In this document: positions 16,894 to 23,802 of the stretch, piece by piece
Layout of the letters: each line of letters begins with the position of its first letter
Numbering within the stretch: position 1 is the first letter of the stretch
Virus record (IMG/VR): IMGVR_UViG_3300036715_000227
Span: 2,353-66,352 of that record
DNA: 64,000 nucleotides
Strand: one strand, 5' to 3'
Origin: a virus
Notes under the pieces: model-generated
What the model was told of the DNA's origin: nothing
Databases searched by the model: none
Seen by the model: the letters and a program-made list of their open reading frames with translations, nothing else
Position numbers and translations under genes: made by a program

Positions 16894-18401
16894 TTTATTA
16901 ACTCAAGTAATTTTGCTTTGTATTCTGCATGGTGATTTGGTTTCAACTCTTGCTGAATTTTACCGAACGGGAAATCATTAAATTTTACTTTACTGATCTC
17001 TTTGTAATCAAATCCATACGATGCCAATTGCATCGTAAAATATGGGTTCATTACTCGTTCAGTTGTTTTCCACATAGAGTCATTGTTGAATATGTCAGCA
17101 AGTTCAATTGCTTTGTCTCTATTCATATCAGCCGAATTCCAGTTAATACTAAATTCATCACTACCAGTACCAATGTCTGTGTAACCAAAGCTTGCGTAAT
17201 CTGCACTGAACTCACTGGTGTAAGTTAACGAGCCCGGTTGCTCGATTGTTAACGGATGCCAGTACCACGAGTCAAGCTTAATTTCATGCGCCACTAATCT
17301 ACGGCTAACTTCAGTGACTTGCTCCACGGATTCACCAGGTAATCCAACGATAAGACTTGCGTGTAATATCATGTCGGGATACTTATCCTTAATGAACGCA
17401 ATCATCTCGATCATCTTGTTGGTGTTATATCCTTTGCCAATAGACTTTGCAGCCGCAGGAGTAAAGGATTCTATACCAAAGTGCAGTCCTCTAATTCCCA
17501 TGTTATACAATATATCAAGGGTCTCGGGTTTAATGCAAATAAGGTCCAATCTATGGTAACCCCAAAGCACAGGCTTAAACGAAAGCTCACTTACAACTTT
17601 CTCGAATGAGCGTAATTTATCTATGTGATCGTTGAATGTGTCATCAACGATAATGTAATTCTTAATACCGAACTTGTCGTAGTTGTATTCAAACTCAGCT
17701 TTGATTAAGTCTGGTCGTTTAACAAAATCTAAATTTTGCTTTCCATTCAATGGGTATGAACAGAACTTACATTTAAAAATACAACCACGACCAACTTCAA
17801 TTGGGATGCACTTATGGTTTACGACATCTATGTCTAACCATTGCATATCTTCGTTAGCGAAATCGTATGACTTGGCATAGCGATCATCAATGATTACCCT
17901 GCCATATAAATTCTTCATTGCGTTTTCTAACTTAGATCCGTTAACCAGATGATTCATTAGATTAACGATACTAACTTCGCTGTAGCCCAACGACACATAG
18001 TCAATGTTTTTGTTGTTGTATTGTGCATTGACTTTAGATCCGCCGACCACGACTTTAACCTTGTCGCTTTTGCTTCTAATGTACTTAATGACAGATTTCT
18101 CAAACTCTTTTCCCTGAGGGAAAATCAGAGTAGTGTCAAGGTCTTTAATTCGCGCCGCCTGCTTATCCACTGCAACTTTGTCCATAACAAATGTAGTAGA
18201 GAACCCTACTAAAAAGGTTTCATCGGTTAGCGCAGTATCTATCAAATTAGTGAGTTCATCATACGACCATTCGGACAAGTGATTAACTACCAAACATGTA
18301 AATCCATTTTTCCGTAACGAATGCGCAAGTTTGTACGGACCAATGGAAGGAATACTTACCAAGTGGTCAGTGACGTCAGAGAAAATGATTGCATTATACA
18401 T
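16887..18401 (-). CDS. cobalamin-binding radical SAM protein
   Basis: VGFSTTF..VVVGG; EVGRGCIFKCKFC; DDTFN; FGIES; IVGLPGE. Confidence 0.9.
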   Translation of the reverse strand: MYNAIIFSDVTDHLVSIPSIGPYKLAHSLRKNGFTCLVVNHLSEWSYDELTNLIDTALTDETFLVGFSTTFVMDKVAVDKQAARIKDLDTTLIFPQGKEFEKSVIKYIRSKSDKVKVVVGGSKVNAQYNNKNIDYVSLGYSEVSIVNLMNHLVNGSKLENAMKNLYGRVIIDDRYAKSYDFANEDMQWLDIDVVNHKCIPIEVGRGCIFKCKFCSYPLNGKQNLDFVKRPDLIKAEFEYNYDKFGIKNYIIVDDTFNDHIDKLRSFEKVVSELSFKPVLWGYHRLDLICIKPETLDILYNMGIRGLHFGIESFTPAAAKSIGKGYNTNKMIEMIAFIKDKYPDMILHASLIVGLPGESVEQVTEVSRRLVAHEIKLDSWYWHPLTIEQPGSLTYTSEFSADYASFGYTDIGTGSDEFSINWNSADMNRDKAIELADIFNNDSMWKTTERVMNPYFTMQLASYGFDYKEISKVKFNDFPFGKIQQELKPNHHAEYKAKLLELIKC

Positions 18402-18442
18402 AATTTAATTATAGCAGATAAAACATTATTTATCAACTAACT

Positions 18443-18516
18443 TGGTGCGATGTAAAGGAATCGAACCTTTGTATCCGTCGAGTCAGGACGGCACTCTCCC
18501 ATTGAGTTAACAAAGC
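18443..18516 (-). tRNA. tRNA-Val(GAC), U37
   Basis: CCGTC-CTGACTC-GACGG; acceptor mismatches. Confidence 0.75.
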
Positions 18517-18521
18517 ATAAT

Positions 18522-18598
18522 TGGCATACCGGGAAGGATTCGAACCTTCATCACGCAATTTTGGAGACTGCTGTTCTGCCAATTGGAACTACCGATAT
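18522..18598 (-). tRNA. tRNA-Trp(CCA)
   Basis: GCAGT-CTCCAAA-ATTGC. Confidence 0.9.
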
Positions 18599-18604
18599 AT
18601 AATT

Positions 18605-18690
18605 TGGCGGATAGGAGAGGACTTGAACCTCCACGCCCTTTCGAACGACAGTTTAGCAAACTGTTGCGGCTACCATTTCGCCACCTATCC
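18605..18690 (-). tRNA. tRNA-Ser(GCU)
   Basis: ACAGT-TTGCTAA-ACTGT, long arm. Confidence 0.92.
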
Positions 18691-18697
18691 ATTAACT

Positions 18698-18772
18698 TGG
18701 AGCCTTCAGCTAGAATCAAACTAGCGATTACTGTTTACGAAACAGTCGTGTTCTCACTAACACTATGAAGGC
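18698..18772 (-). tRNA. tRNA-Thr(CGU)
   Basis: ACTGT-TTCGTAA-ACAGT. Confidence 0.85.
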
Positions 18773-18776
18773 ATAT

Positions 18777-18853
18777 TGGTGCACCCTCTCGGATTCGAAC
18801 CGAGAACATTTAGTTTCTAAGACTAACCTGACTACCAATTGCAGCAAGGGTGC
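18777..18853 (-). tRNA. tRNA-Leu(UAG), short variable loop
   Basis: TTAGT-CTTAGAA-ACTAA. Confidence 0.85.
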
Positions 18854-18952
18854 ATAATTCTGTGTGCTAGTTTACTCCTTACTAGCAAGTCCTATAAGTC
18901 GACTCTGCATTTAAGCCTGCAGAGCTTACTATGCCTATAGCAGTGGCTTAAA

Positions 18953-19027
18953 TGGTCGGTCCTGCCAGAATCGATCTGGCACTCACTGTTTCGAAGACAG
19001 TAGTGATATCCATTTCACTAAAGACCG
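18953..19027 (-). tRNA. tRNA-Arg(UCG)
   Basis: ACTGT-CTTCGAA-ACAGT. Confidence 0.87.
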
Positions 19028-19032
19028 ATAAT

Positions 19033-19108
19033 TGGTGGGTCGCACGGGAGTCGAACCCGCCTGGTACTGATTAAGAGTCAGCTGCATCTGCCGCTTTGCT
19101 AACAACCC
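19033..19108 (-). tRNA. tRNA-Lys(CUU)
   Basis: GCTGA-CTCTTAA-TCAGT. Confidence 0.9.
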
Positions 19109-19114
19109 AAATTT

Positions 19115-19191
19115 TGGTGCGGGTAGAGAGATTCGAACTCTCACTTTACAGGGTTTAAATCTGTCGACTCTACCAATTGGCCTATACCCGC
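19115..19191 (-). tRNA. tRNA-Leu(UAA), short variable loop
   Basis: ACAGA-TTTAAAC-CCTGT. Confidence 0.85.
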
Positions 19192-19200
19192 ATTTAACTG

Positions 19201-19279
19201 TGGTAGGGGGTCTAGGAATCGAACCTAGTTCTTCTACTCTTCAGGCAGACGCTGGAATCACCAGACTAGCTCACCCCCC
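19201..19279 (-). tRNA. tRNA-Phe(GAA)
   Basis: TCTGC-CTGAAGA-GTAGA. Confidence 0.87.
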
Positions 19280-19860
19280 AAAAACTTCTCGTATTGTGCT
19301 TTTTCCATAATGACAATCTTTTTGTCAGTATGTACTTGCATAACAATTCTCATCTTTTCTTTATCGTTGCCCCACCAATGCCCCTTAATCTCTAAGTAAA
19401 CATCATATGCAGGCAAGTAAAAATCCGGAGTATATGAACGAGTTTTTCCGTCCATCTCATACTCTAATATATCTTTATTCGTTTTAAGCTTAGTCCAGGC
19501 GATGCCCAGTTCCTCAAGCTTTAACGCAACATTTCTTTCCCAGGTGCCTTGGCATTTTTGGCCTGCAACCTCGAACCATTTACATCTGCCACCTTTGTTG
19601 TTAGTAGATGCTTTCTGGCTTAAAATTTTCTTAGTAGCATCACTATGCGTTTTACCTGCAAATATTCCGGGTAATCCTTTGTTCCACGGAACAGGCATCA
19701 CTGTGCCTTCTTGTTTAGCAAACACATACTGGTTGCTACCTTTCTTGCCGGTCATACCATTTTTGTACACTCTAGTAGCATTTAACGGGCAGCATCGTTC
19801 GTGATTGCGTAACGAGTTATCGTTTTTACATTCTTTTTGGCAAAATTTACAAATAAACAT
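19258..19860 (-). CDS. Zn-finger/NUMOD3 + PD-(D/E)XK putative homing endonuclease
   Basis: CKFC..H, PWNKG, YTPDFYL..YLEIKG; late promoter ATAAATA; stop inside tRNA-Phe. Confidence 0.75.
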   Translation of the reverse strand: MFICKFCQKECKNDNSLRNHERCCPLNATRVYKNGMTGKKGSNQYVFAKQEGTVMPVPWNKGLPGIFAGKTHSDATKKILSQKASTNNKGGRCKWFEVAGQKCQGTWERNVALKLEELGIAWTKLKTNKDILEYEMDGKTRSYTPDFYLPAYDVYLEIKGHWWGNDKEKMRIVMQVHTDKKIVIMEKAQYEKFLGGELVW

Positions 19861-19893
19861 AGTAACCTCTTATGTTTATTTATGCATACTAAC

Positions 19894-19924
19894 GCTAGTG
19901 CTCTACCAACTGAGCTACCGATGC
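19894..19924 (-). pseudogene. tRNA 5' half
   Basis: GCATCGGTAGCTCAGTTGGTAGAGCACTAG, then the endonuclease promoter. Confidence 0.65.
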
Positions 19925-19931
19925 ATAATAT

Positions 19932-19992
19932 AACAGGATCAACTTTTAGTTTTCGAACAAAGAAAATTTTTAAAGTTTGCTGAACTGATCCT
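19932..19992 (-). ncRNA. CAGCAA-stem RNA, minimal form
   Basis: AGGATCA-GTT-CAGCAA..TGATCCT-GTT. Confidence 0.7.
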
Positions 19993-19997
19993 AAAAC

Positions 19998-20030
19998 TGG
20001 TACCCTGTCTCAGATTCGAACTGACACGAT
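19998..20030 (-). pseudogene. tRNA 3' half
   Basis: TCAG-TTCGAAT-CTGA..ACCA with no 5' half. Confidence 0.6.
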
Positions 20031-20039
20031 GTAAAATTT

Positions 20040-20117
20040 TGGTACCCAAGATGGGATTCGAACCCACACTGTACAGATTTTGAATCTGCTGCCTCCTACC
20101 TATTGCGCTACTTGGGC
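20040..20117 (-). tRNA. tRNA-Leu(CAA), short variable loop
   Basis: GCAGA-TTCAAAA-TCTGT. Confidence 0.87.
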
Positions 20118-20294
20118 GTATAATGTTTCCCAGAATTTAATTCCGTATTTTTGTTTACAATAATTAAATTCTGCCTGGAGATTTTCTCCGAATTTGTATT
20201 CTACTAGATCTTTTGTTTGCTTAAATTTAGCATCGTCTCTGTCTTCAACGGCTCTTCGGACCGCCGCTATGACCCAATTAGCGTAACGGGGCAT
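20100..20294 (-). CDS. hypothetical protein
   Basis: 64 aa, translationally coupled to upstream gene; stop inside tRNA-Leu. Confidence 0.55.
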   Translation of the reverse strand: MPRYANWVIAAVRRAVEDRDDAKFKQTKDLVEYKFGENLQAEFNYCKQKYGIKFWETLYAQVAQ

Positions 20295-20944
20295 TAAATA
20301 TCTAACACAATAGGCGCATTAGCGTGCCTACTTTTTCTATCTGACATTGCCACATTGTAAATGTCGCAACCATCAACTTTAACGTGACCATACCCTTCGT
20401 GTATGTGTCCGTGTATCCATAACTCCGGTTTCTTATCTGCTAAGAAATTCGGATAAACGCGATTACCAACGCTTGTGCCTGTCCTACCTGACACGTCTAA
20501 GTATCCATACACTGGTGCATGGGATACGACAATGTCATACTTGCAGTCAGGCAGCTTGCTCAAGTAATCTGCAATTTCTGCTTCAGTGCTACTAAATGCC
20601 CACCTGGGCAAGTTAGTGACTTGCGGCAATCCAAGCAATCGCTTTCCATTGGGCAGCAAGCACGATGTATAATCGTTGTTACCAGGAAGGCCAACTACTG
20701 TTACCCCGGCACGTCGCATATCTTGCAATGCTGGGCCAGGATAAACTTGTAAGTGGAAATCGTGATTTCCGGGAACAAAAAGCTTCACCTTGTGTGGCAG
20801 TGCGGCAAGCCATTCGACTGCCCATCGCCATTCGTCTAAGTAACCTGTTGTCATAATGTCACCTGCATGTACAAACACATCCCCGTCCGGGATCTTCTTT
20901 GGGTCTACGGGTGAATGGGTGTCGCTGGTTGCTACGAGACGCAT
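20294..20944 (-). CDS. calcineurin-like metallophosphoesterase
   Basis: SDTH, HAGD, PGNHD, SHAP, HGHIH. Confidence 0.92.
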   Translation of the reverse strand: MRLVATSDTHSPVDPKKIPDGDVFVHAGDIMTTGYLDEWRWAVEWLAALPHKVKLFVPGNHDFHLQVYPGPALQDMRRAGVTVVGLPGNNDYTSCLLPNGKRLLGLPQVTNLPRWAFSSTEAEIADYLSKLPDCKYDIVVSHAPVYGYLDVSGRTGTSVGNRVYPNFLADKKPELWIHGHIHEGYGHVKVDGCDIYNVAMSDRKSRHANAPIVLDI

Positions 20945-20965
20945 GATATTCCTTGGTTAATGAGT

Positions 20966-21041
20966 TGGTGCAACATACAGGGATCGAACCTGTTTCATCG
21001 GCTTTTCAGACCGCTGCAATGACCACATTTGCTAAAGTTGC
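20966..21041 (-). tRNA. tRNA-Phe(GAA)
   Basis: CT-GAA-AA. Confidence 0.87.
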
Positions 21042-21050
21042 ATAAAAATA

Positions 21051-21127
21051 TGGGCGGACTCCTACGGATTTGAACCGTGTCTTCGATTTTCACAGAATCG
21101 AGTGCTTACCATTACACTAAGGGCCGC
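21051..21127 (-). tRNA. tRNA-His(GUG)
   Basis: CGATT-CTGTGAA-AATCG, G-1/C73. Confidence 0.88.
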
Positions 21128-21132
21128 ATAAT

Positions 21133-21219
21133 TGGCTGAGGAAGTACGACTTGAACGTACACGCCCTTTACAGGCACTGATTTCAAAGACCAGCGTGGCT
21201 ACCATTTCACCATTCCCCA
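21133..21219 (-). tRNA. tRNA(UUG), Gln anticodon with long variable arm
   Basis: CTGGT-CTTTGAA-ATCAG, GCCT-GTAAA-GGGC arm, U1-A72, G73. Confidence 0.8.
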
Positions 21220-21225
21220 ATATAT

Positions 21226-21291
21226 AACAGGCAAAGGTTGTCGACTAAGACACCAAAAGTTTAAGTCTGTATTGTTTGCAGAACTTTGCCT
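21226..21291 (-). ncRNA. CAGCAA-stem RNA variant
   Basis: AGGCAAA-GTT-CTGCAA..TTTGCCT-GTT. Confidence 0.65.
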
Positions 21292-21297
21292 AAAACT

Positions 21298-21372
21298 TGG
21301 TGCTCTCTGGCAGATTTGAACTGCCTTCTGTGGACTACAAAACCACTATTCTCCCGAGTGAACTAAGAGAGC
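21298..21372 (-). tRNA. tRNA-Thr(UGU)
   Basis: TT-TGT-AG. Confidence 0.85.
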
Positions 21373-21378
21373 AAATAT

Positions 21379-21493
21379 AACAGGATGCCTTAATAGACGG
21401 CATGAAGCCGTCGCTCTGCAGAGCGTACTACGCGATGTGCGTGGTGTTGGAATCGAACCAACTGATCTAAAAGATCGTTGCTGCAAGCATCCT
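21379..21493 (-). ncRNA. YrlA-like RNA with four-arm permuted tRNA domain
   Basis: AGGATGC-TTG-CAGCAA; GTTGG-TTCGATT-CCAAC; closed acceptor; GCTC/GAGC; GACGG-CTTCATG-CCGTC; GCATCCT-GTT. Confidence 0.75.
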
Positions 21494-21570
21494 TATAACC
21501 GATATCGTATGTGCTCTTTTATGGCATTTACTTCGCCATACACTAAGTCGATCTTAGTTTGCGCATAATA

Positions 21571-21647
21571 TGGTACCTCTGAAGAGATTCGAACTCCTGA
21601 CTCCTTCGTTCGTAGCGAAGTACTCTAATCCACTGAGTTACAGAGGC
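21571..21647 (-). tRNA. tRNA-Arg(ACG)
   Basis: CTTCG-CTACGAA-CGAAG. Confidence 0.93.
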
Positions 21648-21653
21648 ATAAAC

Positions 21654-21729
21654 TGGTGGGCTATCGAAGATTCAAACTTCGCAACACTCTCACATGTGAA
21701 GAGCAGGATTTCTAATCACTCTAAAGCCT
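21654..21729 (-). pseudogene. degenerate tRNA-like element
   Basis: T arm and CCA present; loop CACATGT, poor D arm. Confidence 0.5.
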
Positions 21730-21733
21730 ATGT

Positions 21734-21808
21734 TGGTGGACCATGGGGGAATCGAACCCCTCAAGACATGATCATTGCAAGTGATCACCGTAACCCATTA
21801 CTCAGCCC
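21734..21808 (-). tRNA. atypical tRNA-Ala(UGC)
   Basis: GATCA-CTTGCAA-TGATC, G3.U70, 4-nt D loop. Confidence 0.78.
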
Positions 21809-21817
21809 ATTGTAGGT

Positions 21818-21969
21818 TTTTGAGAGACCAACTATCTTTCTTAAGGACTCGCTGGGTTGTCTCGAATTAAGAGAGTTTAAACTACCTTGCACAATTCTAC
21901 TGGTGTGTCATGCTCAAGAAATAGGGCACTAGAATACAAGGGACTCAATCTCAATCGTCTATCTCAAAA
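21818..21969 (-). ncRNA. candidate closed structured RNA (~150 nt)
   Basis: TTTTGAGA/TCTCAAAA terminal stem, no ORF, between tRNAs. Confidence 0.45.
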
Positions 21970-21971
21970 TC

Positions 21972-22045
21972 TGGTGCTGAATGCGGGAATCGAACCCACG
22001 TAAGCTACGTACCAAGCAGCTAGGTTACCACTACATCAATTCAGC
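21972..22045 (-). tRNA. tRNA-Thr(GGU)
   Basis: GCTGC-TTGGTAC-GTAGC. Confidence 0.87.
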
Positions 22046-22052
22046 TTGTCTC

Positions 22053-22128
22053 TGGTGGTCAAGGCGATGCTCGAAATCGCACATTCATCCTTATGAGGGA
22101 TGCTCTCTTCCTCTTAAGATACTTGACC
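22053..22128 (-). tRNA. tRNA(CAU), Met or Ile2
   Basis: CATCC-CTCATAA-GGATG. Confidence 0.85.
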
Positions 22129-22194
22129 TAAACTAAAAGTATTACATTTAATACTTTTGATTTCTTTATCTTTTAACACACTGCAAAATAAACT

Positions 22195-22266
22195 TGGAGC
22201 GGGTGACAGGGTTCGAACCTGCATCTTTCGGCTTGGAAGGCCAAACGTATTCCACAAACCACACGC
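22195..22266 (-). tRNA. tRNA-Gly(UCC), degenerate D arm
   Basis: TTGGC-CTTCCAA-GCCGA. Confidence 0.75.
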
Positions 22267-22273
22267 ATAAAAT

Positions 22274-22351
22274 TGGCTCCGCACACTGGAATCGAACCAG
22301 TTTAAACAGTGATTAACAGTCACGTCCTTGTCCATACTTGGATTCTGCGGA
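22274..22351 (-). tRNA. tRNA-Asn(GUU)
   Basis: CT-GTT-AA. Confidence 0.88.
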
Positions 22352-22359
22352 ATATAAAC

Positions 22360-22447
22360 TGGTGTTGCATGTAGGATTCGAACCTACTACCCTTGGAAGG
22401 GCACGGGGTTACAGCCCGCTCTAGCACTCCAACTCTAGCGATACAAC
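22360..22447 (-). tRNA. tRNA-Tyr(GUA)
   Basis: CT-GTA-AC, long variable arm. Confidence 0.88.
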
Positions 22448-22454
22448 ATTAAAT

Positions 22455-22516
22455 AGCAGGATAGTTTTTACGGTTTTGATTAAAAGTCAAATGTAATTGT
22501 TTGCTGAACCTATCCT
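22455..22516 (-). ncRNA. CAGCAA-stem RNA carrying a tRNA-Lys(UUU) anticodon stem-loop
   Basis: AGGATAG-GTT-CAGCAA..TTTGA-CTTTTAA-TCAAA..CTATCCT. Confidence 0.72.
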
Positions 22517-22521
22517 ATAAC

Positions 22522-22596
22522 TGGCGCCGTAGACGAGACTCGAACTCGCCTGACTCACATCGACAGTGTGGTGCCCTCCCCGAGAGCTACTACGGC
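22522..22596 (-). tRNA. tRNA-Asp(GUC)
   Basis: CT-GTC-GA, G73. Confidence 0.87.
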
Positions 22597-22604
22597 ATAT
22601 AACT

Positions 22605-22678
22605 TGGTGCGGGCTAGGAGAATCGAACTCCTCACTAAACGTTGGCAACGTTTGATTTTACCAATAAACTAAGCACGC
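22605..22678 (-). tRNA. tRNA-Gly(GCC)
   Basis: AAACG-TTGCCAA-CGTTT. Confidence 0.87.
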
Positions 22679-22683
22679 CTAAC

Positions 22684-22757
22684 TGGTCAGGGTACAAGGA
22701 ATCGAACCTTGGCCACGACGTCCCAAACGTCGCATGATACCATTTCACCACACCCTG
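22684..22757 (-). tRNA. tRNA-Pro(UGG)
   Basis: CGACG-TTTGGGA-CGTCG. Confidence 0.9.
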
Positions 22758-22766
22758 AAAATACAT

Positions 22767-22843
22767 TGGTCTGCGCTCAAGGATTCGAACCTTGGACCCC
22801 TCGGTTCCAGGCCGAGAACTCTACCAGACTGAGCTAAACACAG
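22767..22843 (-). tRNA. tRNA-Pro(UGG)
   Basis: CTCGG-CCTGGAA-CCGAG (C33, A37). Confidence 0.85.
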
Positions 22844-22853
22844 ATTAAAAACT

Positions 22854-22927
22854 TGGTACATCGTTGGAGAATCGAACTCCCGTCTACGGTATGTAACACC
22901 GCGGTTCTACCATTAAACTACCGATGC
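22854..22927 (-). tRNA. tRNA-Val(UAC)
   Basis: GCGGT-GTTACAT-ACCGT. Confidence 0.87.
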
Positions 22928-22935
22928 AAACTAAC

Positions 22936-23010
22936 TGGAGTCGCGTACGGGGATCGAACCCGCCTGCACAGGATGAAAGCCTGTTGACCTCACCAAAAGT
23001 CAAACGCGAC
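22936..23010 (-). tRNA. tRNA-Glu(UUC)
   Basis: ACAGG-CTTTCAT-CCTGT. Confidence 0.88.
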
Positions 23011-23017
23011 ATAAACT

Positions 23018-23091
23018 TGGTAGCCAGAGCGAGAATCGAACTCACAAATACCGCTTATCAGGCGATTATTATACCATTTAATTATCCGGCC
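23018..23091 (-). tRNA. tRNA-Ile(GAU)
   Basis: ATCGC-CTGATAA-GCGGT. Confidence 0.88.
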
Positions 23092-23095
23092 ATTT

Positions 23096-23170
23096 TGGTA
23101 GGGGGTATGGGAGTCGAACCCATTCACTTGATTTCAAAGACCAATATCTGCTCCAATCGATTTACCCCCA
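23096..23170 (-). tRNA. tRNA-Gln(UUG)
   Basis: TTGGT-CTTTGAA-ATCAA. Confidence 0.85.
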
Positions 23171-23802
23171 ACAATCTCTTTTAAATCATTTTTCATTATG
23201 ATTTTAATTTTCACAGCAGGATTTTGTTCTATCACCCACTGCATTTTAACTTTGTCATTGTTCCACCAATGACCTTTGATTTCAATAATTTCCTGCGTAT
23301 CTATTAGATAAAAATCAGGCTTATACCAATGTACTCTGCCTATATTATCTTTATATCGCAGTGAGCTTGGTTTGCTCCACTTTATATCGTTTGCAATAAG
23401 ATAATTGTAAAATTCAATTTCCATCGACGACATAAGCATCATGTCGTTACCATTGCTGTCAATTACACGTAACCTCGCATAATTTTTATAGTGATGTCCG
23501 CGAGCATCAGCCGCAACGTCACTCTGTATGTAACAATCCCAACACATGCCATGCTTATTAGCCGGATGTACAACTTTACCGCAAATACAAAACTTTTGTG
23601 GCTTAGTTTTTCTATAACTAGTAATGCGTTTAGCAAGTATGCTTTTGCTTTGCTCTTCAGTTAACAATGCAATAGCTTTTTTGTTACTTTCGCTACGTTT
23701 CTTGTTAGTATCTGCTGTAAAAGATCTACTATTGGCGCAAGTCCTCGAACAAAACATTCCAGGCTTGCTGTGCTCCGCATTACATTTGGGGCATATCTTC
23801 AT
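23134..23802 (-). CDS. Zn-finger + PD-(D/E)XK putative homing endonuclease
   Basis: CPKC..FCSRTCANSR, YKPDFYL..IEIKGHWW; AGAGG RBS, ATAAATA promoter; stop inside tRNA-Gln. Confidence 0.75.
   Translation of the reverse strand: MKICPKCNAEHSKPGMFCSRTCANSRSFTADTNKKRSESNKKAIALLTEEQSKSILAKRITSYRKTKPQKFCICGKVVHPANKHGMCWDCYIQSDVAADARGHHYKNYARLRVIDSNGNDMMLMSSMEIEFYNYLIANDIKWSKPSSLRYKDNIGRVHWYKPDFYLIDTQEIIEIKGHWWNNDKVKMQWVIEQNPAVKIKIIMKNDLKEIVGGKSIGADIGL

Noticed and set aside
19894-20030. Split or intron-containing tRNA from the two halves
   Set aside because: The acceptor strands (GCATCGG and ACAGGGT) do not pair, and no intron core is visible.
6408-22516. CAGCAA modules as a CRISPR array or terminators
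   Set aside because: They are dispersed, stems covary rather than repeat, there are no regular spacers, no cas genes and no U tract after the stem.
293-23170. Stop-codon recoding or suppressor tRNA
   Set aside because: No intact CUA, UUA or UCA tRNA was found, and long genes are open in the standard code.
1101-23184. Many short ORF-track entries over tRNA genes (e.g. 1269-1463, 15713-16036, 18507-18719, 21570-21815, 22924-23184)
   Set aside because: They are translations of tRNA sequence.
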